A stretch of DNA of 63,642 nt, counting the filler, from Phoronis australis (taxonomy: Eukaryota > Animalia > Phoronida): NCBI GenBank assembly GCA_002633005.1. It is 11 parts of 11 records of this genome, joined end to end, with 100 filler letters (N's around TTAATTAATTAA, not from the genome) between each part and the next. Parts side by side here need not be neighbours in the genome. Positions count along the whole stretch, not along the records: positions 1 to 14,756 come from NMRA01001384.1; 10 more parts are not named here. One strand, given 5' to 3'. The notes beneath the pieces are model-generated. The model searched no databases and had not been told where the DNA came from. It saw only the letters and a list, made by a program, of their open reading frames with translations. A program made the position numbers and the translations under genes. Positions 1-11,833 of this stretch are shown here, one piece after another; positions within the stretch are counted from its first letter, which is position 1; each line of letters opens with the position of its first letter.

Positions 1-24
1 GCGCTTATTAGAGCGAATACGGTA
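1..24. mobile_element. Probable right end of a pogo/Tc1-mariner-type element plus TA target site
   Basis: ...GCGCTTATTAGAGCGAATACGG|TA; the reverse complement TA|CCGTATTCGCTCTAATAAGCGC resembles CCGTA-type TIRs (from memory). The other end is not in the window. Confidence 0.45.
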
Positions 25-833
25 GCCCTAATAGATGGTGACATCAGTGCACGAAACGATGATTTTTATTTAAATTAGCAGCAAGTTTGTGGTGACTGGC
101 GCCAACGGCCGGGCGACCGAACTTCGGGCTTGGCGAGTAAATTTTCTGGCTCCGGCACTCGCCCAGCTGGCGAGCAGGGTTTTTCAAGACTAAAAGCCTG
201 GGTATATCCCTGACTTCCACACTTTTTCAAAAGAGGGAAAACCACTAAAGAATGGTTGAGGAGGGTAAAAATCTAGTTGCCGTAAGTATTGGTATGTTTT
301 TTGGAGATCGATTCAACATCAGACAACTTGATTTTTGGTAACGTTGATAAGTCTTTTGACCACACCACCGTGCAGGACGATGCCATGTTTGTCAAGGCGC
401 CTCGTTTTCGATCAACACGACAGCAGCGCCCCGCGTTCGTGAAAGAGGTGAATACTGTTATATCCAATAAAGGCGCAACAAAGAAAAGCAAATGAAGTGT
501 CCCATAGGCGATAACCATGCAACGCGCTTTTACTCCCGTCGCATAGACGCCGCAAATTAAACAATACCTTGCGATTTTTCCAGGCCCCTTAAATTATGGC
601 AAATCTTCAACTGCTGTTAACCACGCGTATGTTGAAATACAAAAACTATTTCCCAGTAGCTAAACAACCGTAGGCTACAATTGTCTAAATGACCTACAGG
701 TAGCCCCATTTACAAACAAAATACAAAAGCAAATGTGCACGTTTAACACTTCTCGCTTGTCTCAATAGTAACCTGTACAATACTAGAACAATTGCGAAGC
801 TCTCTCGTGACTCGAAAGCATTACGAACATACA

Positions 834-965
834 ATTGACCTATCGCCAGGATTTTGAGTGTCGGCTTAACTGACCATTCAGAACGCAGCATTATTGACTC
901 ACCTTCGTTTCCAAGCCGCCAGTTTACCCGACAAACAACACGTTGCCGGGTACAACTTATTAAAC
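834..965 (+). mobile_element. MITE family A (TIR ATTGACCTATCGC), partial copy
   Basis: Aligns by eye to 30569-30727 (same strand) and 6920-7091 (opposite strand). Confidence 0.75.
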
Positions 966-1111
966 AACGTGACGTGGAAATCAAGGACAATTCGCAAGTC
1001 TGCTTTATAAAATTCATTCAGTAGTTTACGAGACACAAAAGAAGTTATCAAAAGCTGTGTTAACAAAAATTTTGACAAAGTGGAAATTGTGAAGCAAATA
1101 GTAGGACAAAG

Positions 1112-1176
1112 TTTATTTATTTATTTTTGTGATATTTACAGTGAGGGTAAACCCATCATGTTTGACTGTTTTCCAT
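1112..1176 (-). mobile_element. LINE/SINE 3' tail with (TAAA)n end
   Basis: Same ATATTTACA-TGAGGGTA..CCCATCA core as 16101-16205 and 22533-22624. Confidence 0.6.
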
Positions 1177-2917
1177 ATACATATTCCAAAACTGATGTCA
1201 AAAAACATCTCCGCAAACAACAACCAACTTTCCACAGTACATGTAAGTGTTCAGTGTTTTATTTAAAAATGTGGCCTTTGACACAGTTATAACAAAAAGA
1301 GATTAAATTACCCTTCTGGTCCAGGGTAATTCTAAAGGTGTGTAGAAACGCAATTTAAAATTAAAAAATTCAAAATGAGGGTCTGAAGAAGTGAGAGATT
1401 TTATTTCCCAGACATTTTGAAAAGGGAGTATCCTTTTCCCAGTTGCATATCACATCACAAGTAGTCAATTGCCTCCGAAGCCTATGCTATCTTTAATGTC
1501 TGCCACGCATGAAGTCATGGTGTCTAATTTGTAAGTTTGGAGGTTTAATGGGTACCAGTGTGCCTCCATGAGGTCAGAATTGGAGGTGGGAACAATTCCA
1601 TGGCCGAGTTTCTAAATTCCACAGAGCTGAGATCTAAGCCCCTACCCTCAGCGAGAGGAGCAAACACAAAAACCATGATAAAAGTACCATATGGTACTCG
1701 ACCCTTAACTCCGCATACACACAGCGAAAGTACCTCCGTACTCGATAACAACACTTCAGTCGTCCCAGATTTATGAATCGGGACTGAAGTTTAGTCTCAA
1801 TCCAACGCAGGACCTTCGATTTGAGACTGGAGTTTGGTTCCCAGGTGTGGAGTTTGATTGTGTGTAAAGATTAGAGTAGAGGGTATGGAATTAGGGTAAA
1901 ATGCTGGTCCGTGAGCGGAGTTCAGTTTAGGGAAGGAGACTGAATGGGAATTTAGAGGCGCGGATATCAAATAGTTTTCATCCCCTGACATTGAAGTTTA
2001 TTGACGAGGTCAACATTGAACTCGTAGTTTTCACGGCTGCCTGAACTCTGAACATCATTCTTTTTCTTGGCGAAAACTGCTGCTGGTGTAAGTTAAACGA
2101 CTACTGTAAATTTCATTTTAAGCGGACATCTGCAGCCACCAAGAATATTAAAATCATTTGGACAAAATGCAATTTCTTGCATGTGCTGATGCCTTAAGTA
2201 CGATGCATTTCTCATTAATTTATGTTGCTCACCATTTCGCTCATAAATGTTCTTGAAAGAAAGCAGTCATTGGAGCTTTCTTTCTCTCCGTCGCATTCAT
2301 CTAAACTGCTTTCAGCGTTTTATCCTAAATGGGATTGTTCTGAAATCCCCAAGACTCTCTAGACTCACGACTCTTTCGACCAACGGCCCACAACCCCCTC
2401 GACAAAGTCTACACAAGTGCTGACTTGCAGGATCAACGAGTCGGGCCTTGAGCTGGGCTGAATTTCCCTGTTTTTTGCAATTAAGAGAGTGGATTCGGCA
2501 ATTTTGAAAGTGAAACTTGAAAAAAACTAAATCAATACAGCTAAAACCACCATTTGCAATGATTACCGATAAAATGTAGTCTAAACGCAGAATCGACAAA
2601 CCCACTCAGCAAACGGAGGCATAGTATTAAAAAAGACTCGGATGCTTGTGAACGCGCCGGCAGACGACTAGGGGGATGGCAAGAAAACGCTTTGGCGGTA
2701 AACGCAAGCGCATGCGCTTTGAAGAACCTTGCGTGTTCAAAGCGTAGTGTTCTGCGATGATCGGTCATGTCAGGAAACATTGTGTTCAGAATTCCGGTTA
2801 TGAAACAACAGATTGACACGATTGCACGGGGACTACGACCCTTGAAGTGAAAGGCAATTTAATAACGTCGTTTTCTTGCATAACTCTCCGCCTTTTGTAA
2901 CAAAGACAAGTTTGTCC

Positions 2918-3863
2918 GGGCCCCCCCCCCCCTTGGCTGCCGCAAAAAAAATAAAACAGTAAGAGCGTAGGGAAATGGTGAGTATATTAATAAACCCCGG
3001 TAATTAAAATTATACGGTTGAAAAGAAGATTTAAATGTGTGCAGTTTTAGTGTAAGGGGGGCTCAAACCCAATTTCAAGTGTCAAATTCGGAACACGGCG
3101 CATTCGTAACGGAGCTATGGCTAAGTATAGGCTCTCCCGCGATATCCCAGGCGACCGGCAGTGGCGCTGCGCACTACGACTCCGTTTTCGTCGTCTGCTC
3201 CACTGTGCAATGAAGAAAATTTACTTCATTTTTTAAAGAGAATGGAACCTGAGTGACGATGAAAAAACAGAAGCTGCTGGTAAGACGTGAATTTTAATCG
3301 AAGCCTTAGTGAATAACTCGCAATACTCTCTTTGTCAAACCTTATCTTAAGACGATTTCCAAAGCAATCCCGTCATTATTGCCAACACGAAAAACGGATT
3401 TGGTCTTTTGGGCATTTGAAGACTATTTTAAATACGACAAATTTGTTAACAATTGATGGCACAAAATATAAAACGTGTAATAAGCATTACGAAAAGAAGT
3501 AGGTTTCGCGCGCAAACGCTGTGGACCATAAACAAGTAGGTCTTTTAGTATGAGTGTTGTAGTTAATCGTGGTGGTGTAGTGGTAACGCACGCGCTTTCT
3601 ATGCCCCAGGTCGTGAGCTCGAGTCTTTGGTACGTTCAGTTTTTCCTGTTTGACACGTTCTCCGTGTTTTGTTTTTTTTTCCTTTTTTTCTTGGAAAATA
3701 CTTCAGGAATCAAGGAAAATGCTTGATTTTTAGAGGTAAAAACAGAAAAATTTCCCCCCATTTGGTGCTATGCGCATCTACAATCGTGGTTTAGTTTGCG
3801 CAAATGCTTACAGCCGGGCAAAATGTTGGGCCCCCCCCTTGTGATATTCTAGATCCGCTACTG
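2918..3863 (+). mobile_element. ~950-bp non-autonomous DNA transposon family B, copy 1 (left TIR lost)
   Basis: Colinear with 32372-33277 and, inverted, with 16450-17638; ends CTAGATCCGCTACTG, the inverse of the CA(G/T)(T/A)GGCGGAT(C/T)TAGG termini of the other copies. Confidence 0.85.
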
Positions 3864-4795
3864 ATACTCACGTGACAAGCGCACGATTCATTTCCTAAAA
3901 ATGTGCAACATTTCTGAGATGATGCAGCTTTGTCGGTATTGAAATACTAAAACTTGTAACGGAGTGAAACCGGTTCCGAAAATTTGTTGTGACATGTGTC
4001 CAACATCGTGGTAGAAAGGAACAGTTGACTGAAAAATCGGGAAAAAAGAAACTTGGCTATAGGTGACGCAATATTTCATGGCGCCGAAAGCCAATGCAAG
4101 AAATTGCACCACAATTTTAGCAGCCTGATAACCGTAAAACGGCAATTTTTGCAAAACTGGTGAATAATTTAGCTTACTCAAGGAATAGTGTAGTTTTTAT
4201 TGACCCTTAAAGTGTGTCAGATTTTATTTGGTTATTTTTTCCCAAATCGGCGCAGAGTTGTATATCTAATACATAGCTTTGCACCAAAGCTAGAACAGAT
4301 TTAGCTGTTCTGAGAGTTTCGTCGCCAGTCTTCCTTGTTCTGGATACGAAACCTTTCCAAAAGCCACTTAACCGACTGTCATCCTTGAACATTAACGAAT
4401 TGCCAATTTTATACGCACACCAAGTTCCAAGCTTCGATTGCTTGTGTCGATCATCTCATTTTCCTTTAATGACAAGAAACAATGTCATGGACAGGCAAGT
4501 TTGTTTATAGTAAGGTAAAACATTCTTCTTGTTTCTGTGTTGGTCGTTACCAATTTTACAATATTCCTGTTTAGCCAGAAGTAGAAACAAAATGACCCTC
4601 AGTATACAAACACGTTTCCTGAAGCAAACCGGTGACGTGTATCACCTATTAACAGTAAAACAATTTTGACGTTTGCATGTTCACACGCAAACACGCCCAA
4701 GTACACAACTAGTGGACAAACATTTTCCCGCGAATTAGGTGGGAAAATCACGCAAATAACCCTGGTTTGCTAAATGGTTCACTTGACACACCAGC

Positions 4796-4840
4796 ATGGA
4801 GGACCAACCAAAGAGCACCTGCGCTGCTATTGACATGAAT
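4796..4840 (+). CDS. Type II membrane LDLa-repeat protein, coding exon 1 (MEDQPKSTCAAIDMN)
   Basis: ccagcATGG Kozak context, in-frame TGA at 4784, GTAAGT donor at 4841, phase 0 matches the next exon. Confidence 0.65.
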
Positions 4841-5070
4841 GTAAGTTTTTATGATTATCATTTGACGCAAGTTACATGTGTTCCTTTTTTAAAATATATG
4901 ACAACATAAGGTCACATTTTACTCAATGAGGTATTCAATTCCGCAAGTATGCTTAGCAATAATGTGAAAGACGAATAATTTTTGATCTATTGGAAAGTGC
5001 AGTGACATGTTTTAGTTGACAAAGGAATTCCTGTGAAAAGTTGTAAAGGTTAATTTTCGTTGCTTTACAG

Positions 5071-5269
5071 CCAGTTGCAATAGCAGTTAATGAATTGAAC
5101 AACGGCCCCCACGACAAAACATCTCCTGATCAGAATAAGACAAATAAAACCTCCTCAGGCTGTATGAATGGTGAACTGAAGTGCAATTTAGGAACATTGG
5201 CGACGTTGGTGACAATAGCTGTGGTACTCGTCATCATTGGAGCAACTTTCGGCATGAAGAAAGATCACG
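5071..5269 (+). CDS. Type II membrane LDLa-repeat protein, exon 2 with signal-anchor helix
   Basis: tgctttacag acceptor; open frame encoding LGTLATLVTIAVVLVIIGATFGM; GTACGT donor, phase 1. Confidence 0.7.
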
Positions 5270-5300
5270 GTACGTTAAGACTGATATGATGTCGATGGTA

Positions 5301-5370
5301 CATGGGCGGCGAACCATAGGGAGGCTGGGGGCTAAAGCCCCCCACTTATTTCAGTGCTGCGCCGCCCATG
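5301..5370 (+). mobile_element. 70-bp mini-MITE family C
   Basis: Perfect 11-bp TIR CATGGGCGGCG...CGCCGCCCATG; related copies at 6528-6591 and 17974-18109. Confidence 0.75.
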
Positions 5371-6527
5371 TGGTGAGAGTGAATGTGGTGGTGAAGATAG
5401 TGATAATGGTCATTGTGATGTTGTTGTCGTTGTTGATAAGTTGACAACAATAAATATGGCAAATATAGCACATAAAATGTCATGTAACTAAATACAACAA
5501 CAATAAATAGAATGTCTCGATTTCAGCAGTACTTGGGATTTCCGAGAGACCCCCATGGGACTCTTTCACGGGTTTATTTTCCCGAAAATACTTTGCGTCC
5601 ACTAATAACACCAATGAGACTCTTGTATTGCTTACCGTAGCGTCCTCATTCAGAAGTGGGTTTTAAAAGTGCTGCATGAGGCATGTCCGTCTTATTGACA
5701 ACATCAAGGGCCTCAGGCACCACGGCAATGTAGTGGAACCCCTTACCACCACAATTTTTCATAGCAATAAAAGTGTGAACTGAGTACCAGCTAGTTCACG
5801 CCAGGTCTGCTTAATTGTCTGGCCTACTGGTAGTCCGACAAGAGTCTGATCAAGAATTCAACAATACATTTTCTTGAACATCATAATGCGTTCTGTTAAA
5901 TTCACAAGCTCAACAAATCAATGTCACTCAGTTGATAGGACCTGGAGGATGCATGGCGACAACACACTTACTAACAAGCTGTCCCGCTTTGGCAGGACCC
6001 TTCCGGTTGTTGAAACTGCGTCAAACGTCCCGCCGCAGCATCAGTCAGACTGTCCTGCTTGTGCAGCTGGTAAAAACAATCACGGCACGTCTATTAATCT
6101 GTGGCTGGATAGTCCGTGATTATGCACCTATTTATTCCCTTTTCTCTCTTCTATTTGACGCAAACCATGCCGTTACCATATTTCTGGAAACTCCACCGGT
6201 ACATTTTCTCCTTACGTTACTTTATCCTGAATCAATACGTACAATGTTTTCATTTTGTAATGTTGCGATACTTGCGATCCACTCGCAACGAAAAATGTTC
6301 ATATATGGAATAAAAACAAGTGAATTATATCTTATAATTAAGCAGTTGTTACCAAATCCACTAATCATTTGAGTGACCGTCATTTTGCAAGGGCCAGGGT
6401 GTAGGTTTTCTTTACTGATATCGTGATATAATAAGGTTATAAATTCTTTTTCTGACTCGGGTAGTCAACGAAGTAAGCTTTTGAACATACTCGCGAAACA
6501 TTCTTCTTCACTTGCGTATAGTATCGG

Positions 6528-6591
6528 GTGCGCCGCCCACTGAAATAGGTTTGGGCTATAGCCCCCCGCTCCCTGTGGTGCGCCGCCCATG
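6528..6591 (-). mobile_element. Mini-MITE family C, rearranged copy
   Basis: GGGCTATAGCCCC core, ends GTGCGCCGCCCATG. Confidence 0.6.
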
Positions 6592-6919
6592 ATAAAATGG
6601 TTCAACGTAATCAGTGCAATGGGTGCACCTGCACCGTATGGTACAACTTGTAATAGACCGCCTTCAATTTTTTACCTAATCTATGTTATATTGTAAAGAC
6701 CATTTTGCGAGATTTATTTCAGAGAACTGTATAATGATCTACTCAAAGTCAGGAGAGTTCAGAATGTCATTTTCCATACAGGTATATGAGTGAAAGTAAG
6801 TTTAAACGCTTATTCCATTGTTCCTAGACATCGAATGGCATCCTTTGTATAGTTTGAAGTGTCCAAAATACGTGATCAAACAGGCAGCGCTTATCGCCGA
6901 TAACCATCTGCGTTCCCTA

Positions 6920-7091
6920 ATTGACCTATCGCAAGCTCCGCCCCTTGCGAAATGTCGACAAACAATAAATCTTACACGGCAACGAGTTGTTTGTCTGGTA
7001 AAATGGCGACTTGAAAACTAAGTTATGTCAAGAATGCTGCGTTGTGATTGGTCAGTTAAGCCGTCAATCAAACTTCTGGCCATAGGCCAAT
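6920..7091 (-). mobile_element. MITE family A, full-length ~172-bp copy
   Basis: ATTGACCTATCGC ... GCCATAGGCCAAT imperfect TIRs; interior matches the other two copies. Confidence 0.75.
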
Positions 7092-9043
7092 CCCCAAACA
7101 AAACAAGGGGGTTGCGAAAGTCCAGCCGCTACGATGCCTATTGTTATCCCGACCGGCAAGAAGCATAATGCATTCGTCGGTTTGCATGAGACATACCACC
7201 ATGTGAAGACAACTGATTTCTGATCACTAAACCATTCTGCGACTTTTGCCAACTGTTGGCATTCTTTTATTTTCTTCCAGTGTTTGTGGAACGTCTACTA
7301 AATTAGTCCAGACTCATGAATGGGTAAAGGTTTCACTTCATTTTCTTTTACTGCTTTTACATCTGATGAAAAGAAAATTCTTTCGAAGCGTTCATAGCAA
7401 ACATCTTTGTAAAACTTTTCGTTGCCTACTCCATCACACCAGGGTGTCTTACAGCAACAACAAAATTTTCTGGAAACGTGTCTGTCGGAAAGACATGTTA
7501 CATACTCTACGCAAAATTATCCGAGTCCTGCCATCGAGATCACTTGTGAAGAGCTGAGCTGAAGACATAACGTTCGACGAAACACTAAATTAGTAAAAAA
7601 GACGTCACAATGTTATTCTGCGCATTGCAATACAGTTGTGTTGGAGGCCGTGGCCCGGCGATTTTGTGCGAACGTGCTTCTAATTGAAGCGTAGCTTCCT
7701 CAATAATGAGTCCGGAACTAACCGCGTAAGTTTTACCTGCAAGTCGGTGTGGGGGCCCAGTGGTAGTGGGGTCCCCAGGAAAGTACCTAATGGGCCCTGT
7801 ACGTAGCTAAAACGGCACTGGTGTGCACGGAAACTTATTTCGATCTTTCAGAACTCACCTCTAGTTTTCGCCATCAGTAAAGAAGGAAGTATTGCGCACG
7901 GCATTACACATTTACATAGATTTGCCGGAAGGCTGGCAAAGTTTGCAATTTCACAGCCATGTAATGCACATAGAGGCGAGATTGCGAACCTCTCCAGATT
8001 ATACGTTCATGTGTCATTGTGTACGGAATACTCTTCTCTTTAATTATGGTGTATGGCAGATTTTTCAAAATATCGAAATAACTGAGCGTTAAAGACCAAA
8101 ATCAAATATTGTTTTGAAATCAAGTATTCATTGTACAATGAGTAGGTTTAAATACGTGTAATCCCCTTGCCTACCAGATGTGCTTAATCAATTCGCATGA
8201 TAATTCGAAGGTGGTTTATTGTGTGCCAACCAAATCATGGCCGCTCGTTTTACCTGTAATTGTCAAGAGGAGTTGAAGAATCATCTGTCATGGACATGAA
8301 ATACCAATCACTTTGTCGGCAGTTTGACCACCATAGGTGTTCTCCAGTTCCGTATCCTTTGACAAATCCCATGTTTTAACGATCGGAAACTGACACTTAC
8401 CGCGTGTTCCACACCTTTGTGTCTTGCCAGAAACGCAAAACGATAACAAAGGACTTCTCATGAGGGCGTTTTGGTGTTTGTTTTCGAAAGAACGCCATAA
8501 ACCTGTATTTTGTCATAGGATTCGCCGGTAGTTACTTAATTATTGAGCTGCGCAGTAATCCTTTCAATTCAGTAACAGAATCCTTAGACAATCATCAATG
8601 TGCTCAGCATTAATACAAACCGCAAAGCAAACATAAGTAACACAAGACTGTAGCACTATGTACTAATTTAATGCCAATCTCTCGTGTGGCACAGACTCTA
8701 CGGTCGCAAAACGTAAATGATAGTTCCAATATTCGTAGATCGCTACGCCCATTGCGGTTACTATTATGAATTTCGATGCGCGTTTACATGCACGTATCCA
8801 GTAAGCGTACTGCAGCAATAGGTTTAGCACTGTGTGCTCCCAACCTTTTTTCTCTGAAAAAACTGTTCAAAAAGGGCATGGAGGTAAAAACTGTTACACT
8901 GAATAGGCCAACTAAAACGTCGCAAGGAAGGGTTTCCAACTCAGTTGGAGTTCCGAAGCTTATTGGCCAAAAACATGGGCAGATTTTTCTCTGAAACTTC
9001 AGAAAAATGTTGAGTTCTGAAAAGTCCAGTTTGTAAATTTCAG

Positions 9044-9855
9044 GGAACAGCCTTGGAATCTCTACCGACCCACAACAAACGGAATCAGTGACCCATGATA
9101 CACAAGTAGGTTGGATGTGGACTCCGGGTCATGCAGATACGGCCTCCACACCTTCTTCAATCGGTCTAGAGAACAACACGGCCGCCACTGTTGTTAATGA
9201 TGGAGAAACCCTGCGGAGATGCTCTTCAGAATATCACGTGTGCGCGAACGGACAGTGCGTATTCCAAAAAAACCAGGGATTGACATCCGACTTCATTTGT
9301 GATGGATATTTCGACTGTATGGACTGGAGTGATGAAAGAAATTGTCCTGCTTGTAATCCGCTACATACTTGGCAGTGCGCTAACAGTAGCACAGTTGAGT
9401 GCATTGACAAGTCATTGCTGTGTGACACTAAGGAGGACTGTTCAGACGGAAGTGACGAGAAGCTATGCTCAGCTCCAGAATGTCCCTCGGGAGATGAACT
9501 GCATAGATGTGACAGCGGTCTTTGTGTTCAAGGAGTTACTCTTTGCGACGGATTGCCCGATTGTCCCGATTCTAGTGATGAAAGAAATTGCACCAAGACA
9601 CAGTGTGGAAACGATAAATTCCGCTGTGATTACGGAGCCTGTATTGACCCTATAAATGTTTGTGATGGATTTGGTGATTGTTTTGACAACAGTGACGAGT
9701 TGCATTGTTCCACCCCAGTCTCCCCTTGTAATGAGTCAGAAGAATTCTCGTGCAAAACGTCTGGACTCTGCATTGATATTGATTATGTTTGTGACGAGTT
9801 CATTGACTGTTACGACTTAAGTGACGAGGAGAACTGTACGTCAAACCATCTTTAG
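9044..9855 (+). CDS. LDL-receptor class A repeat exon (5 repeats), terminal coding exon
   Basis: tttcag acceptor, phase 1; Ser/Thr-rich stem, then five six-Cys repeats ending DCxDxSDE (e.g. CDGYFDCMDWSDERNC); TAG at 9853-9855. Confidence 0.9.
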
Positions 9856-10199
9856 CACTTTTCAAAGACCCAGCATGCAGAACTTCTTACAGAAATACTG
9901 CCAAGACACTCATTTGTAAGTTAAATTGGTAGCTGAACAATGGTTTATATGTGGTCTACTATACAGCACTGGTTATCATTAAAGTGGCATGGAACGTGTT
10001 AATAGGTCAAATTTGTATCATCCTAAGTGTTCCTATGATGTGTAATTTGATACACGTACACATTGGCCTGCGCTGTATATGGAACCGCGATTTCTCAAGT
10101 TTGTGAATAAAAGTTGGAACCTGAATGCATTCGAGTTACTTTCTTTCCTGTTTTAAGTTTTATAACTACCTCTACCCTCGTCACTGACGTCGTCAATGG

Positions 10200-10560
10200 C
10201 TGCTTTAGTCTTCGGAATTCTTGGATGGATTTTAATGAAATTTGGCAAATACATTTCTATCAAAGAGTTGGAGACACCTTAACTTTCTATTTTCGGATGT
10301 CACTGACGATTCTGCGCCACCTAGTAGCCACTTTTAAAATTTCGAGTCAAAATTTCTATTTGCCAAACCCCTTGAATTATCATTATGAAAATTGGCTGGT
10401 ATGTTTCTTTCGAGGAGACCGCAGCTGACTTTTAAACGTGTTTGACTATTCTGGCGCCATTAGTGGGAATTTTGGGGTTTTGCGTCCACGGCTGTATCTC
10501 TTTCATCCTTTACAAGAGCTTAGTGAAGTTTGGCAAGTGTGTTGCTATGAAACTGCCAAC
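10200..10560 (+). repeat. Interspersed repeat family D (GATTTTxATGAAATTTGG / GCGCCACCTAGT motifs)
   Basis: 10205-10330 aligns to the reverse complement of ~24595-24720; boundaries approximate. Confidence 0.55.
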
Positions 10561-10572
10561 ATATGATTGGTA

Positions 10573-10941
10573 TTTGCGTCGGATTGCCCGATTGCCCCGA
10601 CTCCAGCGACGAAAGAAATTGCACCAACGTACAATATGGAAACAAGCATTTCCGCTGTGATTACGGAGCTTGTATTGACTCCATGTATGTTTGCGACGAA
10701 TTTGGTGATTGTTATGACAACAGTGACGAGTTGCATTGCCCCACCCCAGTCTCGCCTTGCAATGAGCCAGAAGAATTCTCGTGCAAAACGTCTGGACTCT
10801 GCATTGAAATTGATTATGTTTGTGACGAGTTCATTGACTGCTACGACTTAAGTGATGAGGAAAACTGCACATCAAACCATCTTTAGCATTTTTCAAATAC
10901 TCGGCATGCTGAATTTCTTAGACAAATACTGCCAAGACACT
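10573..10941 (+). pseudogene. Partial duplicate of the LDLa exon (repeats 3-5 plus 3' flank)
   Basis: Ungapped alignment to 9542-9910 at offset 1031; begins mid-repeat with no acceptor; Cys->Tyr and Asp->Val at conserved sites. Confidence 0.8.
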
Positions 10942-11833
10942 ATTTTTTATAATCCAGTCATTCTAGGGCTCCAGAGCGCCCAACCTAGAAATGTAATCTT
11001 CAAACACCCCTTGAAGCCAGAAAAAAGTCTACCGAAATCGGGTTGGCGGAAGTAAGTTTTTCCAGATGGCGGAAAAAATGGCTGCCTTAACTAGTGTTTA
11101 CTGCTTTCTGGCATGTTAATCATATGTAACAGCTGAGAATAAATTAAAAAAGTTTGTCATTGATTTTATACTGTTCGTAACTAGCATACCAATCAAAAGA
11201 TGCCAATTTTCCCTGAAAGAAAACCAATATGATAGACAAAATGGCGGCCAAAACGGCAATTTGGTACATGTTGTAAGATTCCTTTTTATATTTTGCCCTG
11301 AAAATGGAAAAATTTGTATTCCTTTGTAAGTTAGACAATTGAAAATATCTGGACCTTTCAACTGGTCACTGGTTGGAGAGAAAAAAATCATGATGGCTGA
11401 CAAAACGGCCGCCAAACTGGCCGCCCATTCACAAAACCCAATTTAAAGCATTTACGTTCTGCAAACTTTGTTTGTAACCTGATAGGCATTTACACAAAAA
11501 CATTTTACAATCTACAGTCAGGGTTAATGAGTTGCTTGTTTCTATAATTTGTTTTTTCAGATTTACATATTAAATGTGGTCTTTTAATCAGATTTTAGAT
11601 TACATAACATAAAGTTTGGTGTGTTTATCAGAAAAGACTTTAGTTACAATTTCGTAATAAATTTCACACGCTCAATTATTTTTCTGTAAAATATATTCAT
11701 TTGAGTTATCAAAAATAATATTTCTTAGAAACATATAACGTAGAAAATATATCTGAAACTAAATAAGGCGATCCAGATCCTCCCAAGGATACTATTGTTT
11801 CATGAAATGTAGAATATAAATCGGTAAATATNA

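Noticed and set aside
694-1017. Similar short ORFs at 694, 6818 and 30610 (TRQRVVC..WRL) as a peptide family
   Set aside because: They are translations of MITE family A; the frames are not preserved outside the repeat.
1545-2605. Coding-looking minus-strand stretch
   Set aside because: No sustained frame or recognisable motif; possibly an old retroelement remnant but unsupported.
2706-2719. AAGCGCATGCGCTT palindrome (NRF1-like site)
   Set aside because: A single motif with no linked first exon identified.
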